From: an uncultured Acidobacteriota bacterium
GTDB taxonomy: Bacteria; Acidobacteriota; Thermoanaerobaculia; Thermoanaerobaculales; Sulfomarinibacteraceae
DNA length: 64,000 nt
Direction of reading: 5' to 3'
Assembly (NCBI GenBank): GCA_963814875.1
Contig: CAWFFJ010000015.1
Location: forward strand, 138,908 to 202,907
Part shown: positions 50,393 to 60,007 of the stretch, piece after piece
Layout of the letters: each line of letters begins with the position of its first letter
Position numbering within the stretch: position 1 is the stretch's first letter
Made by a program: the position numbers and the translations under genes
Notes under the pieces: model-generated
The model's input: the letters and a program-made list of their open reading frames with translations, nothing else
Told to the model about the DNA's origin: nothing
Databases searched by the model: none

Positions 50393-51310
50393 ATGACCGA
50401 CGACGACCGTCCGACGCTGGACCCGCGAGAGCAGCCGACCGTCATGGGCCGGGTGCCCGTCGTAGGCGTTGACGATGCTGCCCGCCAACCTCGCCTGGTC
50501 GTGATCGTCGGCGGCGAGATCGGCCGCCAGGTGACGATCGGCGCCTCGCTGCTGATCGGCCGCTCTGCCGCCGCCGGCCTGCGCCTCGAGCAGCCCGCCA
50601 TCTCGCGCCGCCACGCCCGGCTCGAGAGCCTACCTGACGGCCGCGTCGAGGTCGTCGACCTCGGCTCGGCAAACGGCGTGTGGCTCAACGGCGAGAGGGT
50701 CCAGCGCGTGATCCTGAGCGACGGCGACCACCTCCAACTCGGCGACACCGTGCTCCGCTTCACTCGCGGCGATCCGGCCGAGAGCGGTCTCCTCCACCGT
50801 GTCCAACGGAAGGTGAACTTCGACGAGCTGACCGGGCTCGAGACCATGGAGTCAGCGCTCGCCGCGGTGGAGCGCTTGCTCGCTCGCGGAAGGGGCGTTC
50901 TCAGCCTCGCCATGACCGATCTCGACGGGCTGCGCGAGGTCAACACGGCCCATGGACACGGCGCCGGACGCGCGACGGTTGGCGCGATGGGCGCGGCCTT
51001 TCGCAGCGTGCTCCGGGCACCGGAGCGGGCCTGCCTGTACGGCGGAGACGAGACGCTGGTCCTGTTTCCGGGCGCCGACCTCGCCTCGGCCCGGGACCGC
51101 GCGGAGGCACTTCGCAGCGCCATCGCCGCGATGGCGGTCCCCTGGCAGGGCACGACGCTCACGGTCACCGTCAGCCTGGGTCTCGCCGAGTCGCCCCGGC
51201 ACGGCACCTCTATCTCGGAGTTGGTCGCGGCCGCCGACCGCGCGCTCTACCTCGCCAAACGCCTCGGCCGCAACCAGATCGCCACCGCTGACGAGGTCGC
51301 CGAGCCTTGA
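50393..51310 (+). CDS. FHA-domain protein fused to a GGDEF domain with a variant active site (GGDET)
   Basis: The FHA core is IGRSAAAGLRLEQPAISRRHARLE...DLGSANGVWLNGERV. The GGDEF-like domain is DLDGLREVNTAHGHGAGRATV...LYGGDETLVLF...ALYLAKRLGRNQ. Confidence 0.8.
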   Translation: MTDDDRPTLDPREQPTVMGRVPVVGVDDAARQPRLVVIVGGEIGRQVTIGASLLIGRSAAAGLRLEQPAISRRHARLESLPDGRVEVVDLGSANGVWLNGERVQRVILSDGDHLQLGDTVLRFTRGDPAESGLLHRVQRKVNFDELTGLETMESALAAVERLLARGRGVLSLAMTDLDGLREVNTAHGHGAGRATVGAMGAAFRSVLRAPERACLYGGDETLVLFPGADLASARDRAEALRSAIAAMAVPWQGTTLTVTVSLGLAESPRHGTSISELVAAADRALYLAKRLGRNQIATADEVAEP

Positions 51311-51511
51311 CCTGGTGAGAGGTGCAGGTGAGCCCGCAGCATCCACGAGAGATCGGCCGCGACCGCAGACCCGCTGGCTATCGAGCGATGAGCGGCGGAA
51401 ACTCGTCGAGCAGGCGCCGCGCGGCCACCTTCAACGGCTCGCTACTATAGCGGACGATGGAATGCGCCACGAGGGTTCCCCTGCTATCCTCAGTCGGAGG
51501 AGCTCGGGGCA

Positions 51512-53167
51512 ATGATCTCGTTTCACGTGGTTTCGACCGCCGGAGGCGTGTTTGAAAGGACTCTTGAGACCGAGTCCGTCGTCATTGGACGGTCGTCGAG
51601 TGTCGATCTCTCCGTTCCCGACCCGTCGATGTCCCGGCGACACGCCCGTCTCAAGCGATCCAGTGGCGAGTGGTTTGTCGAGGACCTCGGGTCGCGCAAC
51701 GGCACCATGATCAACGGCCAGCGGGTCGTCGGCGCACGCCTCGTCGTCGCTGGCGACGTGCTCACGGTCGGCTCCAGCCAGATCACGGTGCGCCGGCTGA
51801 ACGGCGCCTCCTCTGCGCCGGCGGCGCCAGCCGCCACGCCCGCTCACACGCTGTTCAGGCCCGTCTCCGAGATGCTCGGCGATGTTTCGCCAACCCCTTT
51901 CCCGGATCGGGTCGAGGGCGACGTCCGGCGCTACGCGGAGCGACTCCACCTGCTCACGGCGGTTCACCAGGCGCTCGGTCGCTCAATCAGCCTTGACGAG
52001 CTCCTCGAGCTGATCCTCGATCGGGCTTTCGATCACTTGCGTCCGGAGGACGGTGCGATCTTCCTGCGCACCGGCGACGACCGCTACGTGTGCGCCGCAC
52101 GACGCTCGGCGAGGCGCGGCGATGTCGAGCCGCCGGTGGTCTCGATGCACCTGGTCCAGGAGGTTGCCGAGAAGGGCCAGGCCGCACTGGTTCTCGACAC
52201 GGCGACCGATTCCCGGTTCAACCGCGCCGCCAGCCTGGTCGCGGCGGGCGTGAGGTCGCTGGTCGCGGCGCCGCTGCTCGATCCCGAAGGCTCGCTCGGG
52301 ATGATCGTGCTGGGCTCGTCGCTCGGTGTGCGCCAGTTTACCGAGGAGGACATGGAGCTGCTGGTCGCGCTCGCCTCGGTGGCGGCGATGCGCATCCGCA
52401 ATGTCCGGCTGGCCGAGGAGGCAGCGGAGCGGCGGCGGTTCGAGGAGGAGCTCGCCCTCGCGCGCCGGATCCAGCAGGCGCTGCTGTCCGACCGACTGCC
52501 CGAGATCCCCGGGTGGTCGTTCCACGCGGCCGCGACGCCCTCCCGCGGGGTCTCCGGAGACATGTACCGAGTGATCGAGCGGCGAGGCGGCGAGGAGTGC
52601 GTGATCCTGGTCGCCGACGTGTCCGGCAAGGGCATCGCGGCCTCGTTGCTGACCGCGTCTCTCGAGGCCCTCACCGCCGGCCCGATCGAGGCCGGTCTCG
52701 GTCCGGCCGAGGTGCTCGATGGAACGTCGAGGCTGCTCTACGAGCGCACGCCGCCGGAAAAGTACGCGACTGCCTTCCTGGCGGTGCTGGAGCCGGCGAG
52801 CGGGACACTGTCGTGGACCAACGCCGGTCACAACCCCGCATTCATCGTCCATGCCGAGGGCAGCGTCGACTCCCTCGATGCGACCGGGATGCCGATCGGG
52901 CTCATTCCCGGAGGGACCTACACCGCGGGCCACACCCGGCTGACCCCAGGCGACTGGCTCGTGGTCTACACCGACGGGATCACCGAGGCTGAGAATCCGG
53001 ACCAGGAGGAGTACGGCGGAGAGCGGCTCAAGGCGGTGTGCCGAGCGCATCGGGACGACAACGCTGCCGGCCTCGGCGCGGCCATCGACTCGGCTCTCAT
53101 GGCGTTCACCCAGGGAGTGCCGTTCGCCGACGACCGTACCCTGGTGGTGATCAAGCGGACCGGTTGA
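51512..53167 (+). CDS. FHA / GAF / PP2C (SpoIIE-type) serine-threonine phosphatase
   Basis: The FHA segment is VIGRSSSVDLSVPDPSMSRRHARL...DLGSRNGTMINGQRV. A GAF-like middle region follows. PP2C motifs are SGDMY, LVADVSGKGIAASL, VVYTDGITEA and FADDRTLVV. Confidence 0.85.
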   Translation: MISFHVVSTAGGVFERTLETESVVIGRSSSVDLSVPDPSMSRRHARLKRSSGEWFVEDLGSRNGTMINGQRVVGARLVVAGDVLTVGSSQITVRRLNGASSAPAAPAATPAHTLFRPVSEMLGDVSPTPFPDRVEGDVRRYAERLHLLTAVHQALGRSISLDELLELILDRAFDHLRPEDGAIFLRTGDDRYVCAARRSARRGDVEPPVVSMHLVQEVAEKGQAALVLDTATDSRFNRAASLVAAGVRSLVAAPLLDPEGSLGMIVLGSSLGVRQFTEEDMELLVALASVAAMRIRNVRLAEEAAERRRFEEELALARRIQQALLSDRLPEIPGWSFHAAATPSRGVSGDMYRVIERRGGEECVILVADVSGKGIAASLLTASLEALTAGPIEAGLGPAEVLDGTSRLLYERTPPEKYATAFLAVLEPASGTLSWTNAGHNPAFIVHAEGSVDSLDATGMPIGLIPGGTYTAGHTRLTPGDWLVVYTDGITEAENPDQEEYGGERLKAVCRAHRDDNAAGLGAAIDSALMAFTQGVPFADDRTLVVIKRTG

Positions 53168-53170
53168 CGG

Positions 53171-54403
53171 TCACTTCTCCCGCGGAGCGACCGCCGCCTG
53201 GGTCACGGGCCCGATCGACGGGCCTTCCAGCACCACCCGTCCGTCCGGGTAGACGGCCTCCAGGCGCCGACCGTCCCGGATCTCGAGCGCAGCGGGAAGA
53301 CCCGAATCGACGAACACGATTCTGCCTTCGAAGCGCGTGTGGATGGTGCCGTCGTAGCGCTCCGTGTGACCGAGCACGATGCGGTCGAGGCCGAGCGTCG
53401 AGAGGATGGTGTCGACCAACTGCGCGTGCTCGTCCTCGGTCCAGACCGCCATGCCTCGGTACCAGAGCGGGCCGTCGGGGTTGAGCAGAAACCAGTCCGA
53501 GCAGTGCAGCAGCTTCTCGAGCTGGCGCGCACGGGCGGCTTCGAAAGCGGTTAGACGACCGCGCCGGGCGACTCGCGCCTCGTAGAGCTTGAGCTCGTTG
53601 AGGGCCTGGTAGACCAGGTCCTGCAGGGAGGCGGTCGGCTGGGCGATTCCGTCGGCGATCATGGTCGCCTTGATCTCGTCGTAGGTCGCGATCTCTCCTG
53701 CGATGCGACGGTTGAGATCGTCCTCGGTGAGATCCAAGTTGGCCGGGCTGATGCCGCCGTGCAGCAGCAGCGTGCGCCCCACCCGCACCGCCGCCGGCAG
53801 CGTGCGCAACCAGCGACCGTAGGCGCCGTCGGGACCCATCGCATCGATGTACTCGAGCCGCCCCAGGGGATGCGCGCCGAGCCAGGCCGCCTTGTCTTCT
53901 GGCGCCTCGCCCGCGCTGCGTTGACCGAGGTCGAGACGGCGCCTGCGCCGGAACCGCTCCATCGCCTGCCATCCGTCGCGCCGGCGCCGCTCGGACTGAC
54001 CGTCGGCGAATACCAGGTAGGCCTCCGGATTGACGTCACGGTCGATGCCGAGGATGTTCATCACCTCGTGGTTGCCGAGAACAACCACGAAACGTCCACC
54101 AGCTGCGGCGGCCTCGTTCTGAAGTCGCATCATCAGGTCCATGACCTGGCGCACCTCACGTCCGCGGTCAAGGAAGTCGCCGACCTGGACCAGCACGGCG
54201 TCGCCCCCCACCCAGGCGCGCTGGCCGTCGATCATGCCTGCGGTTGAAAGCGCCGTCACCAAGTGGTCGAGGTCACCGTGGACATCGCCTATCGCCACGA
54301 GTCGCGGCGCCTCGACCGCTTCCTGCCCGGCCGCCACGACCGCTGCTCCAGCGAGCAGCGCTGCGGCGACCAGCCACGCGAAGCGCCTTGGCTCGGACCT
54401 CAT
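53171..54403 (-). CDS. secreted calcineurin-like metallophosphoesterase (PPP-type)
   Basis: Signal peptide, then IGDVHGD, VGDFLDRG and LGNHE motifs. The ATG overlaps the stop of the upstream gene (ATGA at 54400-54403). Confidence 0.8.
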   Translation of the reverse strand: MRSEPRRFAWLVAAALLAGAAVVAAGQEAVEAPRLVAIGDVHGDLDHLVTALSTAGMIDGQRAWVGGDAVLVQVGDFLDRGREVRQVMDLMMRLQNEAAAAGGRFVVVLGNHEVMNILGIDRDVNPEAYLVFADGQSERRRRDGWQAMERFRRRRRLDLGQRSAGEAPEDKAAWLGAHPLGRLEYIDAMGPDGAYGRWLRTLPAAVRVGRTLLLHGGISPANLDLTEDDLNRRIAGEIATYDEIKATMIADGIAQPTASLQDLVYQALNELKLYEARVARRGRLTAFEAARARQLEKLLHCSDWFLLNPDGPLWYRGMAVWTEDEHAQLVDTILSTLGLDRIVLGHTERYDGTIHTRFEGRIVFVDSGLPAALEIRDGRRLEAVYPDGRVVLEGPSIGPVTQAAVAPREK

Positions 54404-57400
54404 TGCAGGGTCTCGGCGGCGGCTTCTGCGCCGAGCCTCGACGTGATGGTGCGAAACAGGGCCTTCACAATCTCGATGTTACCCGAGAGCAGGTCGAAAA
54501 AGTCGTCGGCGTCGATTGCCAGGAGGAGCGTGCTCTCGCTCGCCACGGCGTCACCGCGATGGAGGCGGCCGCTCAAGATGTCGAACACTCCGAACGCCTC
54601 GCGCGGGCCGGCGGTGGACGACTGCCCGGGTTCGCTCCCGCTCAGCTCGACTCGCCCCTCGATAACGCAGAAGAGGGTCTCGGAGGGGTCCCCCGCCCGG
54701 TAGACACGGGTGCCGGCTGCGACCGAGCGCTCGGTCGCGATCGCCGCAAGCTGCAGCACCTGCTCGGCGGTACAGGCCGCGAACAGGTCGATTGCCCGCA
54801 GGAAGACGACCATCTCGATGCGCGCCATTGCGGTCATGCGCGGCTCCCTTCCAGTCATCGGCGACCCCTCCGAGAGCTGCCCGGAGACCCAGACCGCCGC
54901 CGCCGCGAGCTCGGGTTGGTCGGTTCGGCGCGCTAGCTCCGCGATCGCCGGCGCGAGCTCCCGATCCCGCCTCTCCCAGACCAAATGCAGAGCGGCCAGG
55001 GCCATTTCCGCCGCCGCCGGGTTGTCGCCGACGTCTGCGGAAATGAGACGAAGAATCGTATCACGGCGACTGGAGGGCACGATCCCTCGCTCCGGTCCGG
55101 CCTGGCGGAGCTTCCACGACGCGGGCACCTCGTCGATGACCGCGAACAGATCGCGCCGCTCGCGCCCGGACAGTGTGTTGTCCAGAAACTCGAGGGCGTG
55201 CGCACGCAGGGTGCGGTCGCCGCTGACCAGGCTGCGATGGACGGCGCGCACATCTGCGGCCGGGTGGAGAAGCTCCAGCAGCCCGAACAGGTTCGCCAGA
55301 CGGTGCGCCATGGCCTGGCGAAGCAGTTGGACGAGAAGCGGGTCAGCTACCGGGTCGACCGCCGGTGCCGGGCCGTCAGTGTCGGTCGGCCCTGCACCGA
55401 TCGCCGCGAGGTCGGCTAGCGCCCGGAGGTAGCCGCGCACGTCGTCGGACATCGCGGTCTCGATCGCGGCCGAGTCGAACTCGAGGTGAGGGTCGCGAGT
55501 GCGGAGGTAGACCAACGCCTCCACGACCTTGCGTCGCAGCACGGTGTCGTGCTCGTCGAGCGCACCGACAAGGGCCTCTGCGGCTGTGGGTCCTCCGATG
55601 CGTGCGATCGCCTTGGGCGCCGCCCTGCGGACCCAGATCCGCTCGCCAGACTCCTGCATGAAGAGGACCAGGGCGTCGATGGCGTGGGCGCCGTAGGCCT
55701 CCAGCGCGAGGCGCGCATCGTGCTTGAGACGGCGGTCGCGCAACAGCGAGATCAGAATCGGGAGGTAGACCGGATTGGGCCCGTCACGTTGGGTCCGCCG
55801 GCGCACCGCGGCGATCGCCTCGCGAACCACCTGACCGTCGCGGTCGTACAGGGCCTGAACGAGCTCGTCCTGGTGCGACGGCATCGACAGCTGTCCGAGT
55901 GCCCGGCAGGCCTCGGAGCGCACCGCCGGCTTGCCGTCGACCAGCATGCCGGCGAGAGCGGCATCCGCGCGGGCCGCCAGCTCGGGCGGTGCGTATCGCG
56001 CCAGGCAGACCACCGCGGCCGCGCGCACCCGGGGGTCGGGGTCGCCGATCCGAGGTGCCATCAGCTCGCAGGCGTCGCGGCCCTGCAGCGCCGCGAGGGT
56101 GCGGATCGCGGCGCTGCGCACCTCGGGCTCGGCGTCCGCCAGGCAGCGCTCGATGAGCCCGACCGCGTCGCTCCTCCCGAGTCGGGTGAGAACCTCCAAC
56201 GTGCGCAGCCGAACCGTCGGGTCGTCGTGGTAGAGCAGCAGCGGCGGCACCAGGCGGCCGCGGCCGTGCAGGGCGAGCAGATCGATGCTCGACAGCACCT
56301 GCCGGGGGTCGGGGCTGCCGAGGAACTCGACCAGCGTGGTGACCGTGGTGACGTCCTCGAGGTCGATGGTTGCGGCGCTGTCGACCGAGCCTGCGCTGAG
56401 CCCCTCGCGGAACGATCTCACATACTCGCGGCGGGTAGCGACGGTGAGCGGCAGCCACACGGCGACCAGAGCGAGAGTGAGCCAGGACAGGTGCTGCACC
56501 GGGACCAGTCCGAAGGTCACTGTGAGCAAGAAGATGGCGGAGCAGCCCTCCGCGAAGCGCTGCACGAAGACGTCGAGCGAGGCCTTGGCCCGTCGGCGCA
56601 GGTCGGCGGGCACCGGGAAGAAGAGCAGCTCCCGCGTCGACTGGTCGAGCGAGTGGCGCAGGCCGCTCTCGCCGAGCTTGAGGAATGCGCCCGCCGCGAG
56701 CAGCGCGCTCGGGCCCAGCCCGGCCGTGGCAAGGAGCAGCAGCGACCCCATCGCCACCGTCACCGGCATCACCCGCATCGCGAACCCGACCCCGAGCGCA
56801 CGGTGGATCCAGCGGGTCGCAACCAGTTGGAAGACAAAGGCGAATAGACCCATGACGCTGAAGAAGTTGCCGAACAGCGCGGCGCGCCGGTCGAGCCCGA
56901 TCGTGGTGCGCTCCACGGCCCAGTTGAACTGCACGTCGACGACCTGGGAGACCACCATCGTGAGGAACATGACCGCTGCGATCAGCAGCAGGAGCCGCGA
57001 GCCGCGTACCGCCGCCAGACCGCCGCGGGCGTCCTCGATCGAAGCCTCCGCCTGTGCAGGGCGCTGCTCAGGCGCTGGCGCCTCCGGTGCCAGGCGCCAG
57101 CGCCCGAGGCCGGCGGCGAGCACGAGCATCAGGGCCGCCGCGACCAGGAGCGACGCTCTGGTGCCGAGAAGGTCGGCGGTCAACCGGGTGAGCTGGCCGC
57201 CGGTGAGGCCACCGAGCAGCCCGCCGGCACAGATGAAAGCGAACAGCCTCCGCGCCTGGCGTGGATCGAAGACACTCGCCGAGTAGAGCCAGAACTGGCT
57301 GATCGCGATGCCAAAGGCGGTGGTGATCCAGAGGTAGAAGGCGAGCGCAACCCACCCCGAGGGTCGCGCGAAGAGCCCGTAGAAAACCACCAGGGCTGCT

Positions 57401-57771
57401 CCCTGGACCAGGCAGGAGAGCACGATCAGGCGGTGCAGGGAGCGGCCGCGGGCGAGCCGTGCGTAGAGCAGCAGAACCGGCACCGCAGTGGCGGTGAGCA
57501 GAAGGTAGACCCACGGCAGACGCTCGGCGCCGAGGCTCTCGATGTAGGTCGCCTGGCGAACCGCCTTGCCGATGTAGTGGCAGGTCTCCAGGAGGAGGAA
57601 GGCGCCGAACAGGGTCCACGCCGTCCGACCCTCGCCCTCACGAACGCCGAGCCAGCCCGACAGGCCGCGCTCACCCCCGGTCCGCAACGGGGTTCGCGGC
57701 CGGTTACGGGCCATCGCCGTGACGTCCCTCGCCCACCTCTCCTCTCGCCACCCACCGGAAGGACAGACCAC
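54400..57771 (-). CDS. Npt-like MFS transporter fused to HEAT repeats and a C-terminal cyclic-nucleotide-binding domain
   Basis: The N-terminal ~430 aa are polytopic. The middle has repeated HEAT-like units (DPxVRxAAxxxLxxL). The C-terminus is FLRAIDLFAACTAEQV...RVYRAGDPSETLFCVIEGRVEL...PREAFGVFDIL (cNMP-binding fold). An alternative start is ATG 57714. Confidence 0.75.
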   Translation of the reverse strand: MVCPSGGWREERWARDVTAMARNRPRTPLRTGGERGLSGWLGVREGEGRTAWTLFGAFLLLETCHYIGKAVRQATYIESLGAERLPWVYLLLTATAVPVLLLYARLARGRSLHRLIVLSCLVQGAALVVFYGLFARPSGWVALAFYLWITTAFGIAISQFWLYSASVFDPRQARRLFAFICAGGLLGGLTGGQLTRLTADLLGTRASLLVAAALMLVLAAGLGRWRLAPEAPAPEQRPAQAEASIEDARGGLAAVRGSRLLLLIAAVMFLTMVVSQVVDVQFNWAVERTTIGLDRRAALFGNFFSVMGLFAFVFQLVATRWIHRALGVGFAMRVMPVTVAMGSLLLLATAGLGPSALLAAGAFLKLGESGLRHSLDQSTRELLFFPVPADLRRRAKASLDVFVQRFAEGCSAIFLLTVTFGLVPVQHLSWLTLALVAVWLPLTVATRREYVRSFREGLSAGSVDSAATIDLEDVTTVTTLVEFLGSPDPRQVLSSIDLLALHGRGRLVPPLLLYHDDPTVRLRTLEVLTRLGRSDAVGLIERCLADAEPEVRSAAIRTLAALQGRDACELMAPRIGDPDPRVRAAAVVCLARYAPPELAARADAALAGMLVDGKPAVRSEACRALGQLSMPSHQDELVQALYDRDGQVVREAIAAVRRRTQRDGPNPVYLPILISLLRDRRLKHDARLALEAYGAHAIDALVLFMQESGERIWVRRAAPKAIARIGGPTAAEALVGALDEHDTVLRRKVVEALVYLRTRDPHLEFDSAAIETAMSDDVRGYLRALADLAAIGAGPTDTDGPAPAVDPVADPLLVQLLRQAMAHRLANLFGLLELLHPAADVRAVHRSLVSGDRTLRAHALEFLDNTLSGRERRDLFAVIDEVPASWKLRQAGPERGIVPSSRRDTILRLISADVGDNPAAAEMALAALHLVWERRDRELAPAIAELARRTDQPELAAAAVWVSGQLSEGSPMTGREPRMTAMARIEMVVFLRAIDLFAACTAEQVLQLAAIATERSVAAGTRVYRAGDPSETLFCVIEGRVELSGSEPGQSSTAGPREAFGVFDILSGRLHRGDAVASESTLLLAIDADDFFDLLSGNIEIVKALFRTITSRLGAEAAAETLQ

Positions 57772-58002
57772 GCCCGTCCCGCTCCTGCCGAGGGTGCGGG
57801 AATGGGCCGCCGTCGACGCGCGCGCACACGCTCGTGGCGGGGGGGGCAGAGGGGGAGAACCTCGCTCGCACCGCGTGCTCCGAATCGCGGCAGTGTACCA
57901 TCCGCACCCCGCACCGCTGGAGCGGTCGCGGCCCGCGGAAACGCTCGACAGCGTGTGCCGTATCTCTGAGAGTGCCGGCGGTCGCCGGAGCCGGGAGGTC
58001 CG

Positions 58003-58947
58003 ATGTCACACACATCGTGGAGATTTGCAAGAGCAGCTGGGCTCGCGGTCATCGCACTCACCGCGCTCGCCGGTGTCACCAGCAGCGTCGCTGCCCAGCC
58101 CGGTGAAGGTGCGGGGGCGCAGGCGCAGGAGGAGGGCCGGTGGCTGGGCCCGGACGGCGAGCGGCTGCCGTTCGTCAGCGACGAGGACGCAGAGAGCTTC
58201 CTCCGCGAGGCTCGGGTGGTGTCGAGCGAGGTGCTCGGCAGCGGCACCAGCCGTCCGTGCCGGTTGGTCCTGGAGCGGGACGGCGTCACGGCCCGCGCGA
58301 TCTTCCGCACGGTGAACACCAGCGCGTTCAACATCAACCAGCGAGCGACGCGTGAGAACCTGCTCACCGACAGCTTCGTCAACGAGGTTGCGGCCTATCG
58401 GCTGAGCCGGCTGCTCGGTCTCGACACCGTTCCGCCCACGGTCCTCCGGGAGATCGGCGGTGTACGCGGTTCCGTCCAGCTCTGGGTTGAGAACGCCCGG
58501 ACCCAGGAAGAGCTCGCCGCTGCTGATGCCGAGCACCAGAATCCCTACTACTGGGTCATGCAGGAGCGGATGATCCTGGTCTGGGACGAGCTGATCTCGA
58601 ATTGGGACCGCAACACCACCAACCTGCTCGTCGACGCCAGCGGCCGGCTGTGGTACATCGACCACACTCGGGCGTTTCGGCGCACCACCACCTTCGACCA
58701 CCTCGACCAGGTGACGGTGTGCGAGCGCCACCTCTGGGACGCCCTCCAGCAGCTCGACGAGGCGGCGGTCCGCCGCGAGCTCTCGCCCTTCCTGGAGGAC
58801 ACGCAGATCGTCGCCCTGCTGAAACGGCGGGGCCTGCTCCTACGGCACTTCGAGAGCGCCCTGCGCGCTCGGGGGGCGTCGGGCGTGCTGTACGACCTTG
58901 CCGACGCACCGCGCTTGCTCGAGGCACGGCGCACCGCGGGCGGCTGA
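58003..58947 (+). CDS. secreted protein with PI3K/PI4K-like atypical kinase motifs
   Basis: Signal peptide (AVIALTALAGVTSSVAA). ISNWDRNTTNLLVDASGRLWYIDHTRAF resembles the DRHxxN catalytic loop plus the I-D-(F/H) metal-binding loop of PI3/4-kinase-fold proteins. The family assignment is tentative. Confidence 0.45.
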   Translation: MSHTSWRFARAAGLAVIALTALAGVTSSVAAQPGEGAGAQAQEEGRWLGPDGERLPFVSDEDAESFLREARVVSSEVLGSGTSRPCRLVLERDGVTARAIFRTVNTSAFNINQRATRENLLTDSFVNEVAAYRLSRLLGLDTVPPTVLREIGGVRGSVQLWVENARTQEELAAADAEHQNPYYWVMQERMILVWDELISNWDRNTTNLLVDASGRLWYIDHTRAFRRTTTFDHLDQVTVCERHLWDALQQLDEAAVRRELSPFLEDTQIVALLKRRGLLLRHFESALRARGASGVLYDLADAPRLLEARRTAGG

Positions 58948-59062
58948 GCGCCCGCTCCGTTCGGCGACGAGCGCCTGCGGCGGATACCCTCCCTTCCCGC
59001 GTGTTGAGACCCGCCCGGAAACCCGCTATGCTCGATGGGTTCGCGGAGAGGGGAGGTTCGCC

Positions 59063-60001
59063 ATGCGCTCGATGGTGCTGCGAAACCTCGTGGTTCTGGC
59101 AGCGACCGGCCTCGTCGCGACGGTCGCAGCGGCCGGTGCGCAGGCCCGGCTGCGGGGCAAGGTGGTCGACAGCACGGGCGCACCGGTGTCGGGCGCGATC
59201 GTGGTGATCACCACGGACGAAATCGCCAGCTTTCGCAAGGAGATCGAGGTCCGCAAGGACGGCACCTTCACCGCAGTGGTCCTCGACGCCACGAGACCGT
59301 ACGTCTTTCACGTCGAGGCGCCCGGCTTCGTGCCGCACGACGAGCCTTTCAAGGTCCCTGCCGGGAGCACCGAAAACGAGTTCACGCTCACGCTGACGTC
59401 GGTCGAGCAGACGCGCAAGCAGGGCAACCCCACGCTCGCGCTGCAACCCGGGTACGCGGAGCTCGGCGAGGCCCGCGACCTGCTCACCCAGGGCAAGAAG
59501 GCCGAGGCCCGAGGCGCTCTCGAGCGCGCTGTGGCCGCCGATCCGAAGTTGCTGCTGGGGTGGTCCAGCCTGGCCCAGCTCGAGATGGACATGGGGGACG
59601 CCAAGGCGGCACTGGCGAGCGCAAACCGCTGCATGGAGCTCGACCCGGAGTCTCTCGGCTGCCTCGCGGTGGCGGCGAACGCGGCCGCCGCGCTCGGCCT
59701 AGCCGACCAACATCAGGGCTATCTGGAGCGCTATCAGAAGCTCAGTCCCGACGACCCGGCCGTGCTGTTCAACCAAGCCGCGGTCTTCCTCAACAAGATG
59801 GACGACGAGGCAGCCAGACCGCTGCTCGAGCGCTGCCTCACTTCCGACCCAGACTTCGCCAAGTGCTTGTTCGAGTATGGCATGCTGTTGCTGCGTTCGG
59901 GCGATCTCGAGGGTGCCAAGAAGGATCTGCAGCACTACCTCGAGGTCGCGCCCGACGGGTCCGACGCGGCCACCGCGCGAGAGACCCTCAAGTACCTGTG
60001 A
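59063..60001 (+). CDS. secreted carboxypeptidase-regulatory-like domain plus TPR protein
   Basis: ATG 59063 follows GGGAGG. After the signal peptide, RLRGKVVDSTGAPVSGAIVVITT is a CarboxypepD_reg-like beta-sandwich. TPR units follow. Confidence 0.6.
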   Translation: MRSMVLRNLVVLAATGLVATVAAAGAQARLRGKVVDSTGAPVSGAIVVITTDEIASFRKEIEVRKDGTFTAVVLDATRPYVFHVEAPGFVPHDEPFKVPAGSTENEFTLTLTSVEQTRKQGNPTLALQPGYAELGEARDLLTQGKKAEARGALERAVAADPKLLLGWSSLAQLEMDMGDAKAALASANRCMELDPESLGCLAVAANAAAALGLADQHQGYLERYQKLSPDDPAVLFNQAAVFLNKMDDEAARPLLERCLTSDPDFAKCLFEYGMLLLRSGDLEGAKKDLQHYLEVAPDGSDAATARETLKYL

Positions 60002-60007
60002 GGGTGT

